This document shows, piece after piece, positions 27,601-37,570 of a stretch of 64,000 nucleotides of DNA (position 1 is its first letter; each line of letters opens with the position of its first letter). The position numbers were made by a program, and so were the translations under genes. The notes under the pieces were generated by a model. It worked only from the letters and a program-made list of their open reading frames with translations. It was not told the DNA's origin and ran no database searches. The stretch is from the NCBI GenBank assembly GCA_964187785.1, contig OZ076415.1, positions 22,010,001 to 22,074,000 on the forward strand. The letters are read 5' to 3'. Origin of the DNA: Amphiscolops sp. MND2022. Taxonomy: Eukaryota.

Positions 27601-29669
27601 TCATGGAAATGGACCGCAATTTCGGCAGGCGTAGCAGAAGAGGAACAAGACTTCTTCACAGAGCATGATGAGACAGACGCGCAAATTTGGGAACGTAAAC
27701 AACAAAGCTTTAACAATCTGATCGTCCAAGAAGTCGAAATTCAAATCGACGTAATATCTGAAATTACATTAGATAAAATCACAAATTTTACTCAAAAATT
27801 GCGCAGAATGAACCAAAATCGGCTCGAGCAATCCAAAGACTCTATATTGCGTCAGCTTAAAGCCAAAATTCAGAACGAAGATTACTCTGGAGAAATACTC
27901 CAACAAGATATTCGCTATAAACACTACAATAACAATTTGAACCTATCAGTCCTTCTCACGCGACAGTACTATGATGAAACTGGTCAAATCAAATATCATC
28001 AGATACTCCTACCAAAACACCTACTAAAAGAGCTTTTATCTGCATTACAAGGAACTGCGCACAAACATCCGGGCATTTCTAAAATGCTACAGGAAATTCG
28101 TCAGAAGTATTACTACCCAGGACTAGCCAAACATGTCAAAAGTGGGTAGAAGGATGTGAAATTTATGCAAAAGACAGACGCGTTCCAAGCAACTCAAAAA
28201 CTTCTGAATTGCTCAGCTTGCCTGAATGGGACCTTGGACCAGAGGGTGCAATGCAAATTGACTTTCAACCAAATCTAACAACAAGTGGAGGCTACCAAAC
28301 CGTGATGACAGCGATAGACGTTTACTCTAGTTATCTGTTTGCCTACCCGTTAGTGGAAGCTACCGCTTCAAACACGGCAAAGGTCTTGATAGACATCATG
28401 ACAAAACACACATATCTGCCGACTACACTCATCACTGACAAAAGCACAGCTTTCACGTCAAAAATCCTTGCAGAAATAACGGAAATCCTCGGAATTAAAC
28501 TAAATTGTGCAACTACTAAACATCCATAAACAATTATTAAGCTTGAAAGGACTCATGCCTCACTCAAAATAATTTTGAAAATGACTTCAGGGGATTATCG
28601 CCGTCAATGGCATAAATACTTACCACTGGCTGTAATCAACTACAATACTACCTACCACTCCAGTATCGGTTGTGAGCCGAGCAAAGTTTTCCACGGACGG
28701 ATCCCCTATGATGTCCTAGACCATAAACTTGGAAATAATCCCAACAGAGATTTCTTGCCTCCAACGGACTTTGCAGAAGAAGAATTACAACAGAGAACAC
28801 AAATTCTCATTGACAAAACGAAGCAAAAAATTATGCAGTCATACTTGAAATACAAGGAGTATTAGCCAAGGCAAGCCAAGGCAGCTCCTGTGAACGGACA
28901 AGATTTTTGCATTATTTTGCGGCCTAAAGCAGATAATCAACGATCAAAGATACCGTTCAGGGATTACCGCTGGGTCGATCCTTACCGAATTTAAATGGTT
29001 TTACCTATTGACAATTATATTGTTCGCCGGTTCAAAACGAATAAAACGCAGATATTACACCGAATTCGTCTGAAAAAATTTGTTCCAAATACACCTTTAG
29101 AGAACAAATATTCCAAAGAGAAATTGCAGCCTGATGATGAAACAGTCATTCCGCAAGACAATTTATATACCATCTCATGGGAGGCAGATTTTGATTACCA
29201 GGACTTCGAGCTGAAACAAGATGATAACAGGAATGAAGTATCACAAACACCAGACAGCGATGCTATTGGTACGACTAGTGATTACGTCATTTACGACAAG
29301 GCTAATGATGAGACAAGACCGCGTACGGCCACTAGCCGAGAAACGCACCCATATTGTATGACGAAAAAAACGTCAGTAACAATACTGAAAAAAAACAAGC
29401 AAAGCAGCGAAATCAAAAGGCCGAATACGGCCACTAGCCAAGCAAACCAAAATTCTAGCGACACGCCAACTGAATTGCACAATGAAACTAATGATTGTAC
29501 AAAATATATTCCTAGAAGAGGGGAGGATAATCCCGTGCCCGGAAAATCGAATGATGCAACAAATGAAAAAATGGAGGAAAACTCTAGCCCCAGAGGAGGG
29601 AAATATATCCTTCGAACTAACCCCAACCCCAACTTTACTGATGAACACAGATACTTGTCAGAATTGTAA
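22951..29669 (+). pseudogene. Decayed gag-pol of Gypsy element C
   Basis: gag MLSTRKRKAKARKSR, capsid TFDGKTAKIERFEDLFHTMIK, knuckle CPTCSKTNHPAEKC (~24405); protease DTG ~25258; RT YVDD 26773-26784; RNase H MIDASFTAAGYAIL; integrase AHKHPGISK, AIDVYSSYLFAYP, ITDKSTAF; C-terminal tail ending GGKYILRTNPNPNF. No env ORF. Confidence 0.93.
24602..24608 (+). other. Candidate -1 ribosomal frameshift heptamer A AAA AAC at the gag/pol junction
   Basis: AAAAAAC is directly followed by TAA and the -1 frame is open into pol (LILPRLQLFDR); a similar AAAAAC-TAA sits at the element 1 junction (9483-9488, minus). Local frames are disturbed by decay. Confidence 0.45.
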
Positions 29670-29817
29670 AATACAGTTCCTCTTTGTTTAGTAACCGGAA
29701 ACGACATGTTACCAATGGGACTACTCTGACCACTATGATGACAGAATAAACACATGACAAAGGAAACAAAAATATATAGATTCACAACTAAAAAACAGAA
29801 TGTACAACAATGTACAA

Positions 29818-32800
29818 TTAGTCTTTAGAAATGCCTTCCTTTAAGTCTTCTACGGCCTTTGAAACTTCCGAAGAAGAAATATTGCCAAAGCAAGCCAAAT
29901 TCTCGGCTTTTCCAGATCCATGAAGTACACTGCGACTTACAGTTGATGATACTGACGAACATTGTGAAGGTATAGTGACAATTTTGACAGGAGTAGGCTT
30001 GAGGCCTTCAAAAGTAGTCATTAGACCCTTCTGGAAAGTAGTACGCCCAAAAGAATCAACGTGCGTCCAACAATCACCAGCAAGCTGCCTAGAATCGAAT
30101 TGTCCGTCCAAATCACGAAATTTGCCGATAGAATCCTTAGAAGTGCAGTAGGTGACAGACTGTGAACAGTTTGTTGAATAAGAATGGGCAGGCAGGAGCA
30201 TATCCACAAGACGACACTTGGGCCTGGAGGTATCTACTTCGTGGAACTTGATAGCTGGAAGGTCAGCCCCACTTTCAGGCTAGCAAAGGCTGCTAAACCG
30301 GAATAGGGTGAATTAAATTCTTACGACTACGAAAGGCGGGAAGAGCAATAAGAAATTTGACCACATCCTTCATCTGCCCATGCTAGTCCTTAAGCTGAGG
30401 GAAATTGGCACGGAAGTAATCAACAAACTCCACGTACTCGTCACGGTAATCAGACTCTTAGGAACGTTGTACCCATCCTCGTTAGTAAAAGGTTTGAAAC
30501 AGAGCCCCAAAGCAGAAAGTAAGTTGATCAATGGCCAAGGAAGTCAGCACATGAGGATCGAAGCAAGCTAGCCCGTGGACAAGGCCGGCGGTAAGGTGGA
30601 CGTCCCGTAACATCGTCTCAAGCAGGAAGACAAAGTAACATCTGGCTGTCGCCGCGAAACTGTCTCTTCCGGTGGCCATTAGTGCACTAAATTCATTCAG
30701 GAAGTCCCGGCTAGAGAGCTGTCTCAGGTCGTCAGGACACAATACAAAAGCCCGCTCCAGTTCGTGTCATCAGGAATGCATTTGGGGAGAACTGCCCGAG
30801 AACAAAACTTCCGGAGAAAACGACAAAATGTCCGAAGGTGAAAAAGGAAGCATCGGGCTGCCCAGAAAGACTGCGCTCAAAGCACTTGCTATCTAAACAA
30901 CCCCCATTATGAGGAAGTGTTCCATGACTTTAGGAGTGACCAAAAGAGTCATACTCACAATCACGAATAATGAGGCCAAAGATCTCCAATTTGACAGTGA
31001 AGTATTCGTCCATCAGGACCATCCACTCCGGACTCTGTGGCCATAAAGAAACCCAAAACCCAGTCTTCAGGTATTGGACCCAACTGGGACGTAGAGGCTA
31101 CTGTACTTTTGCTCACAAACAAATTTTCAACTTCAATTTAGACCTTAAAGCTGTGGTCTTAATGTCATACTTTCGTTGAGAAAAGGAAAACAAGTTGAAT
31201 GGTCAGTAGCTTACCCTACAACGGACTCCCTGTCCAGCTTGGGTGGGTGCCTCTCGTGTCATGAAATCGCGAATGTTTGGCCATTGCGCAACCATCTCTC
31301 CACACAGAGCAGGAAAACTGTGTAGTCCCAGATCAAATTTAGTGATGGCCTAGAAAACACATAATTACTGCCAATACATAGCTCTGAAAGGCTCCCTTAC
31401 CCATTTTCCTGAACAAGAACTCAATCAAACTACTATTAAGAGTATGGAAAGAAAAGGATCTTAACCTTTGATAGGTTGGGGCAGTTTAACTTCCAAGTTT
31501 GGCCAAGACTGGTACTAAGGAACACAGTTAGACACTTGAGTTGGGAAAAGAAGTTGATTTTCCCAAAAAAGCTCTCGAACTTCTGATGCATGAGTCGTGG
31601 TAGCGACAGGACCTCGAACCTGAAAGGGTATTGGATGGAATGCTTGAGTAGGCTGCTTTGGTCAAGAGTCTGTAATACGGCGGAGGGACAACCGGATACG
31701 CTCACCAATTTAGACCCTGCTGAGATGAAGGACAACAGACGGGAAATTGAGCCAAAGAAGTTCCCTCATACGCTGAAGCCAGAGGATGTCTACATAATTC
31801 CACCCTTTGGATGACGTCTCCTCGCCAGAATCGGACAGCCATGTAGCAGAACCCTTTACGGCTTGTAAACTCTAATGAATAATTCCTTTCTGAGGTGATT
31901 AGCACAGCGATATCTTCAGTACAACGGAAGAAGATGCGGTGGAAAAATTTCTAAAAACAAGACTTATTTTGGGAAACCTAATTAGTCAAGGAGTTCTACC
32001 CGACCAAAAAGGCAGTGCAATATTTACAGTGACATAATCAGCCCTCCAATCGGAGTCAGAGAAGTATCCCTGATGGCTGGTGAAGACATCAAATCAAAAC
32101 CATAAAATCCTGAGTAAGGATAAGTGTCCTCCGTGTGGCACGACGAGCCCGATCAAAGAAATTTGTGTGGTCATGCGCACCCCATCCGGGCTTGATGTTC
32201 CCCCCGACGTAGCTACATAGACGTCGTAGCAGGTGAATTTGTCCCCTATGTCCACGAGAGGGGCGTCGATTAACAGAGACTTCTCTTTCTTTAACTGTAA
32301 TGGTGTGAGGAAGTACCCATCCTTGCCTCGGACCTGGTGGGTCATTTTGCCCGTAGAGGCGTCTACTTCACTAAGGTGCTCGTACCTCCATCTTTGATCT
32401 CTCCGTAAATGTCCCTGCGTCTTATAGTGACGAAGTATCTCGCATGCTCCTTTGGAGTAAGTAGATATGTTTGTTTTACATACCTGGCAGTAAAGCTGTA
32501 GCCGTTATGTAGGGGATCGAGTGGCCCAGAGATGAAAGTCCTTGTCCATTGGATGCCTTTAAAAAAGCGTCCTTCATGACCTTTTCAGGTTTGCAGAGCA
32601 TTTTCCTTCGCTCACGAGGAGAGGACTTGAATTGGCTGTAATAGGAGTCTGCACCTGGGTGAGGGAAGCCAACGGACGATAGTCTCCACTGCTGTAACTG
32701 CTGCCGGAGTTTGGAGTTATTGCCCTAGCTGGGCCTATGTCACTTACGGACATGTCTGAAGCCTTGGAGGCAGAAACATTAGGTGGGAAGCCTTCAGAGC

Positions 32801-33764
32801 CTGTTTCGATGTTGCGTATATCTTCATCAGTAGGAATGGCGCCACTTGTATAACCATCGTTGTTGGTCTCTGTGCTTTCTCCTCCAGGGCTGAATTCGTA
32901 CACTGGGCCAGGCCTTGCAGATCTTCGAGGAATGTTCCGAGAAGGGCGTTTATACAATGGAATCCCTTCAGTTACTTTTACCAGCAATGACGTCATGTGA
33001 AACGATGAAAGTACCGATACGTCAGTTATGGTCCTCAAGGTGGCGTGGACCTGAATTTCACTGAAGGCAACAGTTGAATGACCAGCAGGCAAATCAACTG
33101 GGACGTTCTTGGTGAAAAAGTTGCGAATAACCTCTCTCCCAGAAGGCGATAGTCTCCTCTCGATAGAAAGTACCTTGGTCCGGTAAAAGTCATGCTCTGC
33201 ATCGCTATTCCTCGATGAACGTTGAAGCTCTTCGTCAAAACCCGGAAATATGTCGGGGTCAAGGGTGAAAGAGCATGGCCTGGCGGTGGGCAAATTAACT
33301 CCGGAACTATCGTATAATTCACCAGGGTCGCTAGTATCAGAGTATAATGCCCTGCGATCAGGGACGTCTGATTGGGTCTTTTCGACATCCGGATTGACCG
33401 GGGTCGGCGGAAGTGCCACATTGACCATTAAAGGCTCCAACTCAGAACTCTTGGTAGTTTCTTGGAGACTTTCCTCAGGAACGGGATCAAGTATTGCAGT
33501 TTGAGAGGACGGAAACTGAGAGACTGTTCGCTCAATAAAGGCAAGAACGCTTTCATCTGTGGAACATTTTTAAAATGGACGCCTGAGATATCGAATTTCC
33601 TTTTCCGGCTCATTCACTTCTTGGGGCACGTCTTGGAGCTCATCTTGTTTCTGACTAACTGGAACAGTAACAGGATTGGTGGATTCAGGCAAGTTCTCAT
33701 CGTTAGACATATCTAAACGGAAGGAGATAAATTTTAGCGGGTGACTTTCTGAGTACAAATCCAT
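29818..33764 (-). pseudogene. Degenerate BED-type zinc-finger / hAT-transposase-like gene, copy 2 (antisense to pol of element C)
   Basis: Minus-strand translation ~32560-32370: WTRTFISGPLDPLHNGYSFYCQVCKTNISTYSKGACEILRHYKTQGHLRRDQRWRYEHL; long acidic S/P/T-rich N-terminus; candidate GT-AG introns 32027-31951 and 31214-31151; C-terminal DVVKFLIALPAF..NLIH.FRFSSLC matches DVIRYLVRDLSFQALVHLFRVFKLC of copy 1. Confidence 0.62.
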
Positions 33765-34885
33765 AGGACCGCTTTACAAATCTTCTAGAAAAGAAATTTG
33801 AACAAACGGCAAAAGGCCTATGCTACTTTGAAAAATGGACAGGGGAAAATATGAGCGTGAACAGGTCCTGATCAAACCTATTTCCGTTCAAAAAGAAACA
33901 AAGATCAGACAGCTAACCTGTTGTTGCAAGAAGTTTGAGTTGAGTATTATCCAGAAGCAGTGATTGAAGCAAAGACTAGTGATTCCAAATCCAGTACAAT
34001 GCCATTTCAGGAAAAGAGGGAATGAGGTCACCAAAAGGATTTCAATTGAATATGGTAGAGTTGTCAACCGTCCTTGTACGACCAGGAGATACAGGTGATA
34101 AAATGCTGGAAACATGGCAGTAAGAAGAGGGAAATGTAAGGAAGACTTGAATGGCTATACGATTGAATAGAGACTTGAAAGTCCGTGAACGATAAAGAAC
34201 TGAATAATGTAACAATTGATAATTTGAAAAATTGAAAGACGATTATGAAAGTAAGGTTGGAGAGCGTGGCAAACTGAATTTGATGTCAAATATTTATACA
34301 GTTACGGATATTATTTTGTGGGTGGACTCTGCCAGAGAAACCTACAGATATTATATTCTTTAAAAACTTCCATATTGTCATGGATTCATCACTTTAATAA
34401 TTATTATTTTATTTTATTTATTTCTCTCTTCGGAATATTATTATTTTGACAGCCATTTCGAGATGCTGGTAGCACCGTCGATTCCTATTGGTTATCGCGG
34501 CGATGAGCCGCGCGTGGCATAAGTCTCGACTATTACCTCTTGATAGTCTCAAGTGGATATCAAGAGTTAATAAACACTCGAGGGTGTCATTGATGACTCC
34601 TTGCCGCCTTAGGCAAATGACTGAAGTGATGATGTAAACAAAGCAGCTTATTGAAGTCATCAAAGGGTGTTTGGACGAATTTATCAACGCCAATAATTAC
34701 CGGGAAAGACGAGAACCCGGGAAAAGAATCACGAGTCTTGAAGTAAATCTGAAACGAAATCAGAAAGAAGAAATTGTCATTTTCTCTCTTAAAGCTTACA
34801 AGTACAGTTGGTTTTTACAAATAAAAGTTATAAAGTTGATTTCAATATCTCACATATTGCGAAAAAACTAATAAAATCATGATAC

Positions 34886-35703
34886 ATGGCTGAAAGAAAC
34901 CCACAAGACTTCTGTGGCGCTGCTCCTCGAAGAATAGAATTGGTCTATCTATCCAGCGATGAAGAAGAGGAAATGGAGGGACTTAGTACAACATCCATAA
35001 TGGATCTCCAACTATTATCAGGAGATGAAGAAGACGACAACGAAATCATGATGATGGCACAGTGCGTCGAAATGCAATTATCAGCGCCTATACCAGTCCT
35101 CGGGCCTTCTACACTGGAAATGGACTGTACTTACTTATTGGACAAGTCGGCAAGATACGAAAAGCCTAAGTCCCGTCCCAGACCAATGTTTCTTCTCTTT
35201 GGGAAGGGTAAATGGACCGATAAGGCGCGATGACTGCATACGAAATTACCATCCGATAAAACTATGCAGCGAATTAACCCCATTGGTAGACATTCCAATG
35301 TCGCCTACCCCAGAAGAGAGAGGACCAAGTAATACTTTCTACCCTAATCATGCCGAATATTCAGAACCACAGCAATCCTTGAACGGGATTACAAATCACT
35401 TCCAAGATATGGAGCTTAGTGGATCGGGGCTTTTGGTGAATTGCTTGGACTGTGTGATCTGTGGAAAATCAACGATGCAAATACAGCAAGAAGATGTATC
35501 TAATTATCTGGACAAGACGACTATTCAGGGGGAGACGGCCCTACAAGTCGAAGCGCGTAAGAGAGCTTTTATAGAAGGGATGCAAAATGGCACATTTTTG
35601 CTCCTCCCTGAGGGGAGTGTCGCAGGCGGCCGCCTGCGATGGTAATTTCAACACCATTGACCACAGCCTACCCATTGCCCTACCCGGAACTATGCCTATA
35701 TAA
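34886..35703 (+). pseudogene. Gypsy accessory ORF(s): acidic SIM-like N-terminal part plus CxxCxxC / VSQAAACDG part running into the LTR
   Basis: ORFs 34886-35233 (IELVYLSSDEEEE, LQLLSGDEEDD) and 35199-35645 overlap in different frames; a further one-base shift restores VSQAAACDGNFNTIDHSLPIALPGTMPI* ending at 35703. Confidence 0.6.
35610..35617 (+). other. Candidate polypurine tract
   Basis: GAGGGGAG immediately 5' of the TG that starts the downstream direct repeat. Confidence 0.55.
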
Positions 35704-36695
35704 CTGCAATAGTTATTCAACTTGGAAACACTACTTGTTTCTTGGCGTTTTCAACACATGTAAAACAATTTATGTATTTGTATTTGTAGTGCATTTAATA
35801 TTTGACAGCAAGCCATACTGACAGGCAGAAAGGAAACGAGTTCAAATGTTTGCCTGTTCAGTATAGCTAGCATAGCCGCACACGGCGAATCAGCCAATCG
35901 GAGCTTTCTAGCCATATTTGTAGTTGCTATGATGGATTCATTTACTAATCAGAATGGACCGTCACGACGACTTGGCCTAGGCGATATAATGGCAATTTGT
36001 TGTTGTACTGTGCTTTTATTGAATGAATAGAACAAAACGAACCCGGCAGTAATAACTAAATAGCCTTACTTGACTAAACAATGCTAATGCTGTTACGATA
36101 TGAAAATAAGGCCTGATACGGCCAACCGACTGAATGAGTACTTCCATTCCTCAGAACCAATATGAAATTGATGCTACCTTTGATAATGTATCAATGAAGT
36201 TTGTACTATGGAATGCAGAGTATTCAACCTCATGCATATATCAATATGTAATGTTGCCCTTTTTTCCTATACTGGATTGAATCCAAATGCACCCTTACGG
36301 CTATGAGCCGTGTAGTGTCAACATGAAATGTTGTGCATGTAAAAATGTTTCAAACATGAAATTACGCTTGTAAACAATTTGACCTATACGCTCTATGTCC
36401 TCGTCGGGTGCGTTGATCTAATCGCCCGCTCTAGCCTGCAGTGATGTCATATTGCTATTTATAGTCTTGATGTAACTATTTTTAACCTTTGTGTTATTTA
36501 TAGTATCATGACAGTTAAAGTTGTGAGTGTCATCATAACTTGAATATGCCCAAATTGGCTCTTAGACTCAATAATCAAATGATACAGTTATTGTTCAGTT
36601 GCTCTTATACTAGTTGTACATGAACCGCTGTGAAATTCAGTTTTATATATTCCACAGGAGCTATTTAAATAATATCTCCTGGAGAAACATTTTCA
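35618..36695 (+). repeat. 3' LTR plus leader of element C/D (direct repeat of 20833-~21905)
   Basis: Colinear with 20833 onward; contains CCAAT box (CAGCCAATC ~35891) and hairpin CTGACAGGCA...TGCCTGTTCAG; LTR end unresolved because similarity continues into gag. Confidence 0.75.
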
Positions 36696-37570
36696 ATGCT
36701 TTCCACAAGGAAACAGAAAGCCAAGGCCAGAAAATCAAGAGATTTAGATATGGTGTCCGATTAGACAATGACGGACCTAATGCACACCCAAATTAGTAGG
36801 GCCATTAGTTCTGCTATAAGTGAGAGAATTATCTCGGAGATACAAAACATGGTAGAATACTTGCCTTGGAACCAACATGGCGTTGAACCGTGTACGTCCA
36901 CAAATGAGGACAGAGCTGTGAATGTATGGAAGAACGCAACTACAAAATTAGCAAAGAAGGACTCAAGGTCTGCTTGTGATCTGAGGGATCACACGGACAA
37001 TGTTCCTTACATGGTGACAGGAGCTAACGAACTCCAACAGCTGATTCCCGAATTCCTCACAGGACCAATTCACTCTCAGCCAGACCTTCAGAGACAAGAA
37101 TCCGCGCATGATACAACCCTGGATACAAATCTACCAGTGGCAGAGCCCGTCACAGCCGCGAACAGCCACAAGACCCTATCAACTAACTGGCAGATGTGTT
37201 GGTAAACCTCCAAAGCAAACCACAATCAATGACAATCCGACCGGTCACGACAAACCCCATGACTTTCGATGGCAAAACAGCGAAAATCGAACTGTTTGAA
37301 GATCTATTTCATACGATGATCAAAATACAGCCCGCCATGACTGAACAGATGAAAAAAATCACTTTCACTCATTACTCAGAAAGGGGGCTCTACAAACATT
37401 CCGCAATATGAACTCTATAAACGGTCAAACACTGGAGGTCGTATTGGTCATCTTTCGCAGAAAATACGTCAAACCCGACTCTCAAGCCACAGCCAAACAA
37501 AAGTGGCACCGACTCATTTTTGACCCCAACACGATGAAATTGCCTGACTTTCTTGAAAAACTCAATCAAG
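36696..37570 (+). pseudogene. Second, truncated gag copy (segment D)
   Basis: Matches 22951-24070 with a ~270-bp internal deletion; ends abruptly after FLEKLNQ. Confidence 0.9.

Larger units (their letters stand above)
20833..37570 (+). mobile_element. Gypsy element C/D: LTR - gag-pol - antisense BED gene - accessory ORF - LTR - second gag fragment (unit ~14.8 kb, ~13.7 kb without the internal duplication)
   Basis: Direct repeat starting TGTCG(TCG)CAGGCGGCCGCC at 20833 and TGTCGCAGGCGGCCGCC at 35618; purine tract GAGGGGAG at 35610-35617; full PR-RT-RH-IN between them. The LTR 3' boundary, PBS and TSD were not found. Confidence 0.75.

Noticed and set aside
28995-29669. env gene after integrase
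   Set aside because: The ORF continues pol (starts in the integrase C-terminal region, low-complexity tail, ends in a KYxLR motif); no signal peptide or transmembrane segment.
29818-33764. Autonomous hAT DNA transposon nested by chance
   Set aside because: No TIRs or 8-bp TSD seen, catalytic motifs not recognisable, and the same position and orientation relative to pol recurs in a different subfamily; not formally excluded.
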